Source: Candidatus Spyradenecus sp.
GTDB taxonomy: Bacteria; Verrucomicrobiota; Kiritimatiellia; RFP12; DVOR01
Direction: 5' to 3'
Length of the DNA stretch: 64,000 nucleotides
Assembly (NCBI GenBank): GCA_045605345.1
Contig: JAZUPT010000013.1
Coordinates: 802 to 64,801, forward strand
Made by a program: the position numbers and the translations under genes. This document shows positions 7,930 to 16,937 of this stretch, one piece after another. The notes beneath the pieces are model-generated. The model ran no database searches. It was given only the letters and a program-made list of their open reading frames with translations, and was not told where the DNA came from. Positions within the stretch are counted from its first letter, which is position 1. Each line of letters starts with the position of its first letter.

Positions 7930-9186
7930 TTACGAGATAATCAAGGTGTCCCCCTCCAACGCAGTGGGGGTGACCCAGATGCGTTTGCCTCGTTCAAAGG
8001 AGGCGGGCAGACGGCAACGGAAACGTTCTGCAGACCATCCCTGACGAAAGCCTGCGCGGCATTGTTCGGGGATGACTTCTAAGGGTTTGCCGATGGCGGC
8101 TTGGAGTTGGCGTAACCGTTGAACTTCTGCGGCCTCTCGCAAGCCTTTTGCGCGACGTAAAATTTCGTTTGGGGGCACCTGATTGGGGAAGGTGGCCGCG
8201 GGCGTGCCGTCGCGTTTGGAGTAGGGGAAGACGTGTGCGCCCGTGAAGGGATAGGCAGAGATGAAGTCCGCTGTGAGCTGAGCCGCTTCAGGGGTTTCGC
8301 CAGGATGCCCCGCAATCCAATCTGCCCCCAAGCCACATCCAGGCAAGGCTTCGCAGACGGTGTCCAGTACACGGCGTAAATCGGCCTGGGTATAGCGGCG
8401 ACGCATGAGGCGTAAGACCTCATCTGCCGCGGACTGCATCGGGAAATGAAGGAAGGGGCAGATGCGCCCGTGGCTAGCGGCAATCAACCGAATGAGCGCA
8501 CGATCATCCAAGACGCACGGTTCCAATGAGCCAATGCGAAAACGGCCTTCGCCACGAACATCGATGAGCCGACGGAGGAGTTCAATGAAATCAAATCCGT
8601 TTTTGGGGTCACGATAGAGCGCGAGGTGGCATCCTGTCAGTACAATCTCTTCGTATCCTTGCGCAAAGAGCGTCTCGGCTCTCGCCAAAATCTGGTCGGC
8701 AGGTTCGGAAATGGGAGCGCCACGCAGGTGTGGCACGATGCAATAGGCGCAGAAGTGGTCGCATCCATCTTGAATAATCAACGCCGCACGCGTCCGTGTG
8801 GGACGAGGAGGTGAAGCGAGGGCGGGGGGTGTAAGTGGGGCGCGTGTGGCAAGGAAGGCGGTGGTAAGCGCCATCCACTCCGACTTTTTCGCATGCGGGA
8901 TGCGGAGGTCAATCGCGACCTCTTTGACCAAATCTGCGGCACATCCACTGAGAATGAGGCTTAGTGTGGGACGCTGTTGGCGTGCCATTCGCAATAGACG
9001 CGTGACCTCTTTTACCGCGGGTTCAGTCACCGCACAGGAGTGTACGATGAAGACATCAGCCTCTTTCCACGGCACAATCGGGTAACCCTGGGCAGCAAGT
9101 TCGCTCTGCCAGCCCTCGCTTTCTGCCTGATTGAGACGGCAACCGAAGGTTTGGAAGGCGAGGGCGGGGAGGAGGCAGTCAGGCAT
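7930..9186 (-). CDS. mtaB: MiaB-like radical SAM methylthiotransferase (MtaB-type)
   Basis: UPF0004 N-domain FQTFGCRLNQAESEGW and radical SAM cluster motif DGCDHFCAYCIVPHLRG. The start overlaps the murG stop (TAATG). Confidence 0.6.
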   Translation of the reverse strand: MPDCLLPALAFQTFGCRLNQAESEGWQSELAAQGYPIVPWKEADVFIVHSCAVTEPAVKEVTRLLRMARQQRPTLSLILSGCAADLVKEVAIDLRIPHAKKSEWMALTTAFLATRAPLTPPALASPPRPTRTRAALIIQDGCDHFCAYCIVPHLRGAPISEPADQILARAETLFAQGYEEIVLTGCHLALYRDPKNGFDFIELLRRLIDVRGEGRFRIGSLEPCVLDDRALIRLIAASHGRICPFLHFPMQSAADEVLRLMRRRYTQADLRRVLDTVCEALPGCGLGADWIAGHPGETPEAAQLTADFISAYPFTGAHVFPYSKRDGTPAATFPNQVPPNEILRRAKGLREAAEVQRLRQLQAAIGKPLEVIPEQCRAGFRQGWSAERFRCRLPASFERGKRIWVTPTALEGDTLIIS

Positions 9187-10280
9187 TAGGCGTTTTCTGC
9201 GGCGATGGAGAGGATTAAGTCGGCCACCGCACGGGCGGCATCATCCTGCGGAAGGGTGGCAAAGGCATCACGCATTTGTTGACGCAAGGGCGCATCGGTG
9301 TAGAGCGTGCGCAATGCATCGGCAAACATTTCAGGCGTGGTGGTGCGTTGGTTAAGGCAAATCGCACCGCCACAACGCACGAGCGCCTCGGCATTTTTGC
9401 GTTGGTGATCATCGGCGGCGGTGGGCAAGGGAATGAAGATAGTGGGCACACCGCAGCGTGCGATCTCAAAACACGTTGCCGCACCAGCGCGAGCGATAAT
9501 GACATCTGCCACACCATAGGCGGTGCCCATGTCATCAATGAAGGGGGTGAGCGTGATTTGTTCGGTCAGACCTTCATAGAGGGGGCGCAGGGAGTCGATA
9601 TTGTTGGCACCACACTGATGGAGAATGCGCACATTGGGGTCGGCCTTCGCAAGGGAGGCTAAGACTGGTGCAATGAGTTGATTCATGCCATGTGCGCCCT
9701 GGCTGCCACCCGTGACCAAGATGGAAAAGGTCTCGGTGGAACGTTTAACAGCGCGTGCCTTCGCAAGGGAGTCTAAGACATGTTGACGCAGGGGGAGGCC
9801 TGTGAAGACGGTCTTAACGCCAGGGAGTTGTTCGTGGGTGTCTGCGAAGGAGGTCGCCACGGCGGCGATGTTAAAGTGTTTGGAACAAAAACGAATCGCA
9901 GAGCCAACGAGACTATTTGCTTCGTGGAAGACCACCGGAATCTTTAAGAAGCGCGCAGCGGCCACAGGCGGGAAGCAGGTGTAGCCACCTGTCGCAAAGA
10001 GCACGGCGGGACGTTGGCGCTTGAGGAAGCGGAGGCACTTGAAAAAGGCTAAGAGATTGGCAATCGGCGAACGGGGATTGAGCGTTTTACGAATCGGCAA
10101 AGCGCCAGATTTCAACAACGGCCCCTTCCATGCATCGGCCGTTTTCTGCTCTGCATCGCGCGTACCTGAGAGGATTAATGAGACCGGATGCCCCGCATCA
10201 AGGAGTAAATCCGCCACTGCCATTGCGGGATGAATATGTCCGCCTGTCCCGCCGCAGGCGATAGCAATAGAGGTTTTCAT
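9186..10280 (-). CDS. murG: UDP-N-acetylglucosamine--N-acetylmuramyl-(pentapeptide) pyrophosphoryl-undecaprenol N-acetylglucosamine transferase MurG
   Basis: MKTSIAIACGGTGGHIHPAMAVA G-loop, and 364 aa is typical for MurG. The track ORF (to 10628) adds a 116-aa non-homologous extension, so I place the start at ATG 10280. Confidence 0.85.
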   Translation of the reverse strand: MKTSIAIACGGTGGHIHPAMAVADLLLDAGHPVSLILSGTRDAEQKTADAWKGPLLKSGALPIRKTLNPRSPIANLLAFFKCLRFLKRQRPAVLFATGGYTCFPPVAAARFLKIPVVFHEANSLVGSAIRFCSKHFNIAAVATSFADTHEQLPGVKTVFTGLPLRQHVLDSLAKARAVKRSTETFSILVTGGSQGAHGMNQLIAPVLASLAKADPNVRILHQCGANNIDSLRPLYEGLTEQITLTPFIDDMGTAYGVADVIIARAGAATCFEIARCGVPTIFIPLPTAADDHQRKNAEALVRCGGAICLNQRTTTPEMFADALRTLYTDAPLRQQMRDAFATLPQDDAARAVADLILSIAAENA

Positions 10281-10473
10281 TGTTATGAGTATAACAAATT
10301 GCGCCTTAATTGTGTGTCTTTGGGCGCGATCGTGGGGGAAGAAATCATTTAAGTTTGCCGTGTTGTCTAACCTCGTTGAGGCGGAGAAGATGAAAAAGGC
10401 TTTCTTTCGTGGGTGGGCTTTTCGCGCGGAGGGACGGAGTAGAGAAGCTTTTTGTGTTAAAATAGTGCGTATT

Positions 10474-11289
10474 ATGAAGTTTGATTTTCCTATTGCGTTG
10501 CGACGTCCGTTGGTGGTGTTTGATATTGAGTCAACGGGGATTTCGCCGCGAGCAGATCGCATTATTGAGTTGGCAGCGATTCGTTTGAATCCTGATGGGT
10601 CTCGTGATGAACGGGAATGGTTGCTCAATCCGCAGATGAAGATTCCGATTGAAGCGGTAGCAATTCATGGGATTACGGATGCTGAAGTGGCGGATTGCCC
10701 GACGTTTCCTGAGGTCGCCACTGAGATTTTCATGTTTTTTGAAGGGTGTGATTTAGCCGGATTCTCGGCTGGATATTTTGACGCACAGATTCTGAATGAG
10801 GAGTTTTTGCGTTGCGACATCCATAATTTCCACCCAGATGGTCGCGCCTTGTTGGATGCACAAAAGATTTATCACAAACGTGAACCGCGCGACTTGACCG
10901 CCGCATTGAAGTTCTATTGTGGCAAGGATTTAGGCGAAGCGGCGCATGGCGCGATGGCAGATACGCAAGCAACGCTTGAAGTGTTGATTGGACAGTTTAA
11001 GAAGTATCCCGATTTGCCGCGTGACATTGAGAAGTTGGATGAGCTGTTTAATCCGAAAGATCCCTTCAATGTTGACCGCATGGGGCGGTGGCGTTGGATT
11101 GATGGCGAAGTCTGCGTGAACTTCGGTAAGAAGAAGGGAATCAAGTTGACAGACTTGGCCAATGGGACAATCGCAGACGGAAAGTCCTTCTTGAAGTGGA
11201 TGATTAAGAGCGATTTCCCTGAAGATACGCGTACCGTGGCAGAGAATGCATTGCGTGGTATTTTCCCCATCCGTGGCGTACGGAAGTGA
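10474..11289 (+). CDS. DEDDh 3'-5' exonuclease (DnaQ/epsilon-like)
   Basis: ExoI VVFDIESTG, ExoII AIHGITDAEV and ExoIII HGAMADTQAT. The start is placed at ATG 10474 (MKFDFP...) rather than the track's 10285. Confidence 0.75.
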   Translation: MKFDFPIALRRPLVVFDIESTGISPRADRIIELAAIRLNPDGSRDEREWLLNPQMKIPIEAVAIHGITDAEVADCPTFPEVATEIFMFFEGCDLAGFSAGYFDAQILNEEFLRCDIHNFHPDGRALLDAQKIYHKREPRDLTAALKFYCGKDLGEAAHGAMADTQATLEVLIGQFKKYPDLPRDIEKLDELFNPKDPFNVDRMGRWRWIDGEVCVNFGKKKGIKLTDLANGTIADGKSFLKWMIKSDFPEDTRTVAENALRGIFPIRGVRK

Positions 11290-11324
11290 TGTGAATTTGA
11301 ACGTATTCAGGAAGGAAGTGAGTG

Positions 11325-12149
11325 ATGCGAGACATTACAGCGTTTATTGAACAGTTTCAGAAGACGGGTGAGTATCGGACTCCGCCAGAATTATTAGGTA
11401 AGCCGCGTAAGAATGGGCTCTGGACGTCCCTGGTTTATAACTTCCGTGGGTTGGGTGGTTCGATGCTGCGCGGCACGTGGTTGTCGCATCAGGGAAAGTT
11501 TGATGACTGGCGCTGGCAGGAATGTGGCTTGCATTTGCTCTGGGAGACGGAGCGTATGGGCACCGAGGTCATTTTGGAAGGCTTTGCCAACCTGAAGGAT
11601 GTGGGACCGGTCGTGGTGGTGAGCAACCACATGAGCCTGTATGAAACCTTTGCTTTCCCGCCCTTGATGCGTGTATTTGGCGATGTGGCAATCGTATTGA
11701 AAGAATCGTTGATGAAGGTGCCGCTGTTAGGGCAGACCTTTTCAACGCGTAAGATGATCCCGGTGGGTCGTGCTGATCCGCGCGCAGATTTGAAGGCTGT
11801 GTTGGAACATGGCGAACGCTTCTTGCGTGAGGATAAGGCTTCAGTATTGCTCTATCCGCAGGGAACGCGTCAACCTCACTTTGACTGTCGCAAGTTTAAT
11901 ACCTTGGGTGTGAAGTTGGCACAAAACGCAGGCGTGCCAATTGTGCCGGTGGCGGGTCAGACCTCTTTCCTTGGCGTGGGTAAGTATACGAAGGATTTCG
12001 GTCCTGTGGATACGTCCATTCCTGTGCGTTTCGCTTGTGGCCCTGTCATTCAGGTGACGCGTGCAAATGCAAAGGAGGCGCAGGCTCAGTGCGTTGACTT
12101 CATTGCTTCGAAGTTGGAAGAATGGGGTCGAGTCGAGGTTCGCCGATGA
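11325..12149 (+). CDS. lysophospholipid (1-acyl-sn-glycerol-3-phosphate) acyltransferase family protein
   Basis: VVVSNHMSLYE (HX4D/E box) and LYPQGTR (FPEGTR-like) motifs. GAAGGAAG SD before ATG 11325. Confidence 0.65.
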   Translation: MRDITAFIEQFQKTGEYRTPPELLGKPRKNGLWTSLVYNFRGLGGSMLRGTWLSHQGKFDDWRWQECGLHLLWETERMGTEVILEGFANLKDVGPVVVVSNHMSLYETFAFPPLMRVFGDVAIVLKESLMKVPLLGQTFSTRKMIPVGRADPRADLKAVLEHGERFLREDKASVLLYPQGTRQPHFDCRKFNTLGVKLAQNAGVPIVPVAGQTSFLGVGKYTKDFGPVDTSIPVRFACGPVIQVTRANAKEAQAQCVDFIASKLEEWGRVEVRR

Positions 12150-13003
12150 GCGGTGTCAACTTCGGTACATTTTTGGGAATGATGATTGCGCTTGTGACGG
12201 CATTGCCGCTGCAAGCGCAGTTCTCAATGAGCGAGATGTTCGCTCCTGCTGCGATTACGAACCAACTGAATGAAACGATGCCCGTGCGCGTCTGGCGGAA
12301 TTACCAACCCTCCGATTTGCCGGTGCCAGTGGTGGTGATGTTGCATGGGAGTGGCGAATGTGGGCAGGATAATGCGAAGCAATTGACCTCCTTTGCGCCG
12401 ATTCACCGTCAGGCTTTGATTGACGAAGACCTTCCTCCCGCGCTCTATCTGGTGCCCCAGTGTACGCAACGCAATGCGTGGGTGCGCTCACTTGCCTTCA
12501 CTGCAGATTATAAGGCACCGCGTTACCCAGCGCCTGCTTTACGAACACTCAAAGAGTACTTGGATCGTTTAGTCGCCGAAGGGGTGGCAGATTCAGACCG
12601 ATTGTATCTTATTGGGTTGTCCTTAGGGGGCTTTGGCACGTGGGATGCGATTCAACGTTGGCCGAATTATTTCGCCGCGGCAGTGCCGATTTGTGGCGGT
12701 GGTTCGGTCCAAGAAGAACAGGTGAAAAATGCAACCTCCACTGCTGTTTGGGCCTTCCATGGTGAAGTGGATGCGAATGTCCCCGTGGATTGTTCGCGGA
12801 GAATGGTGGCCGCTTTGACAAAGGCGGGTGCCACGCCGAAGTATACTGAATATCCGAAGTCTGGACACAATATCTGGGGTCGGGTGTTTCAGGATACTGC
12901 AGTGCTCAAATGGGTCTTTCGCCAACGCCGTGGCGTGTCGGAATCCACGGGCGAAAGCAAGGGCTTTTGGGGGCGTATCAAGGCTTACGTGACGCCACAG
13001 TAA
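12146..13003 (+). CDS. secreted alpha/beta-hydrolase (esterase/peptidase, COG4099-like)
   Basis: ATGA overlap with the upstream stop. Signal peptide MSGVNFGTFLGMMIALVTALPLQAQ. VVVMLHGSGE, nucleophile elbow GLSLGG, FHGEVDANVP and GHNIW. Confidence 0.6.
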   Translation: MSGVNFGTFLGMMIALVTALPLQAQFSMSEMFAPAAITNQLNETMPVRVWRNYQPSDLPVPVVVMLHGSGECGQDNAKQLTSFAPIHRQALIDEDLPPALYLVPQCTQRNAWVRSLAFTADYKAPRYPAPALRTLKEYLDRLVAEGVADSDRLYLIGLSLGGFGTWDAIQRWPNYFAAAVPICGGGSVQEEQVKNATSTAVWAFHGEVDANVPVDCSRRMVAALTKAGATPKYTEYPKSGHNIWGRVFQDTAVLKWVFRQRRGVSESTGESKGFWGRIKAYVTPQ

Positions 13004-13059
13004 GGATTTATGAGGATTTAAAACCGCTCCGAATGGGATGATTTGTGAGCAATTTAGCA

Positions 13060-13085
13060 GGGGACGCTGACAGGCGTTCCCTTTT
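13060..13085 (+). terminator. intrinsic terminator
   Basis: GGGGACGC-tgacag-GCGTTCCC stem (8 bp, one G-T) followed by TTTT, 57 nt after the esterase stop. Confidence 0.55.
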
Positions 13086-14201
13086 ATGGTGAGAACGATG
13101 CATATGCGAATTATTTGGGGTATTCTTTGTTGTTTGTCATTAGTGATTGCATTTGGGCCCGTGCGTAAGCTGCGGTTGCCACTGTGGTGCCGATGGATAT
13201 TGGGTTTTTTTGCCTTTTCTGCGGCGCAGGGTTACGTGTTGCAGAAGTTGTTTGATGCTTCTGTGATGTGCCCAGACAAACTGCCGTTCTTCCTCTTGGT
13301 GCCCGCGAAGTGGGGCGATATTGCAATCTTGCTGACGGGCCTCTTTTCGTTGGCATGGATTCTGTTACGCCTGTGCCGCATCAAATGTCCTGCGTGGGTG
13401 CCGTTGTGTAGCGGGATGGTGCTCGGGGGCGTAATGTTGTGGTTGGGGGTTCGCCAACCGCCCGTGCAGGAGCGCCTCTTGGAGGTGGCGAATTTACCCG
13501 CGGAGGCGGAGGGGGTGCGCATCGCAGTGATTGCGGATTTGCACATTGATTGTTGGCGTGGGAAGCGCTGGTGCGAAACGTTTGTGGCGCGCCTCAATGC
13601 CCTTCAGCCAGATATTGTGGTCTTTACGGGAGACCAAGTTGATGGCGAGATTGAGTGCCGACGTGAGGACTTGTCTCCCTTGGCTGCGATTCAAGCACCA
13701 GGAGGAAAGTTCTTAATCAGCGGTAATCACGAGTTTATGTTTGATGCAGAGGGCTATTTGGGGCTTTATGAGGCATTGGGTTTAACCGTTTTGGATGGTC
13801 GCATTGCGACGTCGCGTGGTATCACCTTTGTGGGATTGCCAGATGAACGTTCGCTTGTGGTCTCTCACAATGTGCCGATCTTGGATCGCTTGGTGAAGGA
13901 ATTGCCGCCAGAGGCCTTTTCGGTGTTATTGGTCCACAAACCTGGCATTGCGCCGGAAGCGGATGCGCGTGGGATTGATGTACAGTTCTCGGGGCATACG
14001 CATGGCGGTCAATTTCCTGGCTTGGCGTGGATTATGGAACGCTTTAACCATGGCTTTGTGCGTGGATTTTATACGCTTCCAGGCGGGATGCAACTCTTTG
14101 TTGCGCCCGGCAGTGCCGCGTGGATTGGCTTTCCTTATCGTCTCTTCTACACGTCTGAGTTAACCCTCTTCACCTTGAAGCGTGCTCCGCATGCAGAGTA
14201 A
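13086..14201 (+). CDS. membrane-anchored metallophosphoesterase (calcineurin-like)
   Basis: Four N-terminal hydrophobic helices, then IAVIADLHID, FTGDQVDG, GNHEF and GHTHGG. Confidence 0.8.
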   Translation: MVRTMHMRIIWGILCCLSLVIAFGPVRKLRLPLWCRWILGFFAFSAAQGYVLQKLFDASVMCPDKLPFFLLVPAKWGDIAILLTGLFSLAWILLRLCRIKCPAWVPLCSGMVLGGVMLWLGVRQPPVQERLLEVANLPAEAEGVRIAVIADLHIDCWRGKRWCETFVARLNALQPDIVVFTGDQVDGEIECRREDLSPLAAIQAPGGKFLISGNHEFMFDAEGYLGLYEALGLTVLDGRIATSRGITFVGLPDERSLVVSHNVPILDRLVKELPPEAFSVLLVHKPGIAPEADARGIDVQFSGHTHGGQFPGLAWIMERFNHGFVRGFYTLPGGMQLFVAPGSAAWIGFPYRLFYTSELTLFTLKRAPHAE

Positions 14202-14225
14202 TGCGGAGAGATACGTAAAACAACA

Positions 14226-14262
14226 AGCGCCACTTGGTCTCCCAAGTGGCGCTTCTATTTTT
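14226..14262. terminator. bidirectional intrinsic terminator between convergent genes
   Basis: AGCGCCACTTGG-tctc-CCAAGTGGCGCT (12-bp stem) flanked by A-rich 5' and T-rich 3' sequence. Confidence 0.75.
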
Positions 14263-14280
14263 AATAACGTGGCGTCAACC

Positions 14281-15279
14281 TTATCCTCTGGGATGCTTTT
14301 CGTGATAGGTTTTCGCGAGGTGCTCAACCGAGAGGTGGGTGTAAATTTGGGTGGTGGCAGGGGAGGCGTGGCCCAACAACTCTTGGACGGCGCGCAAGTC
14401 GGCGCCATGGGTGAGCAGATGGGTGGCAAAGGAGTGACGCAGTTTGTGCGGGGAGAGCCCGGGGGGAAGCCCTGCAGCGATGAGCCAACGCTTCATGAAG
14501 CGCTCGATGGAGCGCGTCGTTAAAGCAGTCCCAAAGTGATTGGTGAAGAGGGGCTTTTCGGGGGCGGTGGGCGAGGGGTAGAGTTGTGCGGCTTGTTGGC
14601 GCATGGATTGAATCGCACGAACGGCTGGATCGCCCAACATACAGAGCCGCTCTTTATTGCCCTTACCTCGGACGATGCAGTAGCCTGCTTCAAGTGATAC
14701 ATTGGCGTTGGTCAGATTGGCAATCTCAGCGACACGTGCGCCAGTGGAGTAGAGGGTCTCAAAGAGGGCAATGTCGCGTAGGAGGAGGAAGTGCTTACGC
14801 GCGGGGAGTGCTTCGCCGCAGGTGGTACGCGCCACCTTTAATGCCGTTACAGGGGCATCTAAAAGACGGGTAACTTCTTCTTCTGTGAGTAAGGTCGGCA
14901 GTCGCTTTTCTTGATGGGGAGGGCGAATGCCTGAGAAGGGAGAGTGTTCAAGCGTCTTTTCGGTAATGAGAAATTGGTAGAAGGAACGCAAAGAGGCCAG
15001 TTTTCTGGCGGTTGAGGCAGGCTTTGCCCCAGTTTTTGCGTAGGTATGTAGGAAGCGTTTCGCATCGGCGCGCGTGGGGCTTTCCCAAGGAAAGGGCGCG
15101 GGACGTTCTGCCCAAATGAAGGCAATGAATTGTCCGATATCGCGGAGGTAATTGGTGACTGTATGCGTGCTCGCATTGCGACCGGAAATCAGCCACTGCT
15201 TGAAACGCGCCACCGCCGAATCGTCTGTAATCTCGGTCCGGACGGGGAGCGTAGGAAGCGTGTGCTGATTCCGATTCAT
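14281..15279 (-). CDS. tyrosine recombinase, XerC/XerD family
   Basis: N-terminal SAM-like domain (ARKLASLRSFYQFL) and C-terminal HKLRHSFATHLL...GADLRAVQELLGHASPATTQIYTHL. Confidence 0.85.
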   Translation of the reverse strand: MNRNQHTLPTLPVRTEITDDSAVARFKQWLISGRNASTHTVTNYLRDIGQFIAFIWAERPAPFPWESPTRADAKRFLHTYAKTGAKPASTARKLASLRSFYQFLITEKTLEHSPFSGIRPPHQEKRLPTLLTEEEVTRLLDAPVTALKVARTTCGEALPARKHFLLLRDIALFETLYSTGARVAEIANLTNANVSLEAGYCIVRGKGNKERLCMLGDPAVRAIQSMRQQAAQLYPSPTAPEKPLFTNHFGTALTTRSIERFMKRWLIAAGLPPGLSPHKLRHSFATHLLTHGADLRAVQELLGHASPATTQIYTHLSVEHLAKTYHEKHPRG

Positions 15280-15288
15280 GAGGTTGGC

Positions 15289-16839
15289 TTATTCAACCAC
15301 AATAAAGGTCGGCAAGCCCTGAATGCCGAAGCGTTCCTGGGTGGGGCGAATGGCGCGGTCGGCGAGATCCATGCGCACTTTGATGACTTCAAAGCGTTCC
15401 AATTCCTTTACCACAGCATCATTCTGCAGGGTGGAAGCTTCCATTTCATCGCAAGCCTTGCATGCAGGGCCCCAGAAGTCGAGCAAGACAGGCTTGCCAT
15501 CGGCGCGTGCTTCGGCAATCGCAGCTTCGATTTCGGGGAGGTTTGCGCCATCAAGTCCTTCGTGTGGCAGGAAGGTCTTAATTGCGGTCCAACCATAATG
15601 TGCGGCGAAGAGCAATACAATCACGGCAAAGATCTTCTTGACCCATGCCATCCATGCGCCAGGGCGCGGCAGGAAGGAGAGCCCCGCACCTGCGATGGGC
15701 CACGGAGCGGCCATGCCGAGACCCAAGACGAAGGGCAGGCAGAGTGCCCAATATTCACCCGCCGCCACGTAGTCTGTGGTGAGCAAGAGTACGGCAATGA
15801 GGATTGGTGCCACGCAAGCACCCGCGAGCACTGCACTGACTGCACCAGCGATGAAGGCGGCCAAGGTGCCTTGCTTGCTATTGCCGCCGTTGGAGAAGCG
15901 GGTGAAGTCAATCATGAAGACGTCCAGGAGCGCCAAGGCGAGGAAGATGAAGACCACGGCAATCGCGGCATTAAACCACCAGGAGGCCTGCAGGGTGCCG
16001 AATGCAGCACCCGTCAATACGGGGATTAAGGCGAGGATGCCATAGGAGAGGGCAATGCCCAAGCCGTACGCACCGCCACGCAATGCGCCCTTCAAACGGC
16101 TACCACCCGCAGCCCCCGCGCCGATAATGGCGAGGTTGATGGGCATCATGGGCAACACGCAAGGCGTGAGGTTCAGCGCAATGCCGAAGACGAAGACGAG
16201 GCCAATCAAGAGCCAAAAGCCGTGAATGGCGACCCATGCACGCGGATCTTCGAAGAAGGAGACCTCTCCTGTGGCAGCATCAGTTGCCGATTCGCCACGC
16301 AAGAAGGCGAGGAAGTCTTCAGCGGGAATAAAGCCAGAACGTGCACGTTCACGTGCAGGTGCCACCGCTTCCACGGCTTCCGTTACGGCCGTCTGTACGG
16401 TGGTGGAGATTTCAGGGAGCGAGAGATCGGGCGTGGAGGTCGCAGTGGGCACCTCTTCGCCATCGGTGGTCACCGTGCCATCTTCACGAATGAAGAAGGT
16501 GAGCGTCTGCGGCATGTAGCACTGGGCGGCATCGCATCCCTGATAGTCCAAGGTGAAGGACTGGGCGGGTTGGGCAGCCCAAGTGAAGGTGGCGAGGCCT
16601 TCATAAATGTCGCGCCCTTCGCCATCTTTTGTCGCAACAGGTTTAGAGGTGGGCACACCTAAGGAACACGCCATCATGTCATCGTAGATATGCTGGCTCG
16701 GGTCGTTCATCGTAAAGGTGACAGTGATGACGCCATCTGCATAGGTCGCTGTGGGGCGGAAGGGGTCGGCAAAGAGCGAGAAGGCCATTGCCGCGGCAGA
16801 GAGGAGGCCAGAGACGAGAATTGTGATGAAGTGTTTCAT
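15289..16839 (-). CDS. dsbD: thiol:disulfide interchange protein, DsbD-like (CcdA/DsbD membrane core + C-terminal thioredoxin fold)
   Basis: Signal peptide, then a polytopic core with LTPCVLPMMP and a C-terminal LLDFWGPACKACDEM thioredoxin-type CxxC. Confidence 0.65.
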   Translation of the reverse strand: MKHFITILVSGLLSAAAMAFSLFADPFRPTATYADGVITVTFTMNDPSQHIYDDMMACSLGVPTSKPVATKDGEGRDIYEGLATFTWAAQPAQSFTLDYQGCDAAQCYMPQTLTFFIREDGTVTTDGEEVPTATSTPDLSLPEISTTVQTAVTEAVEAVAPARERARSGFIPAEDFLAFLRGESATDAATGEVSFFEDPRAWVAIHGFWLLIGLVFVFGIALNLTPCVLPMMPINLAIIGAGAAGGSRLKGALRGGAYGLGIALSYGILALIPVLTGAAFGTLQASWWFNAAIAVVFIFLALALLDVFMIDFTRFSNGGNSKQGTLAAFIAGAVSAVLAGACVAPILIAVLLLTTDYVAAGEYWALCLPFVLGLGMAAPWPIAGAGLSFLPRPGAWMAWVKKIFAVIVLLFAAHYGWTAIKTFLPHEGLDGANLPEIEAAIAEARADGKPVLLDFWGPACKACDEMEASTLQNDAVVKELERFEVIKVRMDLADRAIRPTQERFGIQGLPTFIVVE

Positions 16840-16937
16840 TTGTAGGGCTTATGTGTTGGCGAGGAATTTTAAAATACCGCGCGGGTTTTAGTGGTAAAAC
16901 GCCGCGCAGTTTAACATAATTTGAAGGAGTTGCCCGA

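Noticed and set aside
10281-10628. 116-aa N-terminal extension of MurG in the ORF track (and the corresponding 63-aa extension of the exonuclease, 10285-10473)
   Set aside because: Homology-like sequence begins at MKTSIAIACGGTGGH (ATG 10280) and MKFDFP (ATG 10474). The two extensions would overlap each other on opposite strands in the divergent promoter region.
14281-15279. Tyrosine recombinase as a marker of an integrated element
   Set aside because: The domain layout and motifs fit housekeeping XerC/XerD. The neighbours (DsbD-like gene, metallophosphoesterase) have backbone composition, and there are no flanking repeats or tRNA.
15130-16029. 299-codon + strand ORF and other ORFs overlapping the DsbD-like gene
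   Set aside because: They are antisense shadow ORFs. The DsbD-like reading frame carries clear membrane and thioredoxin motifs.
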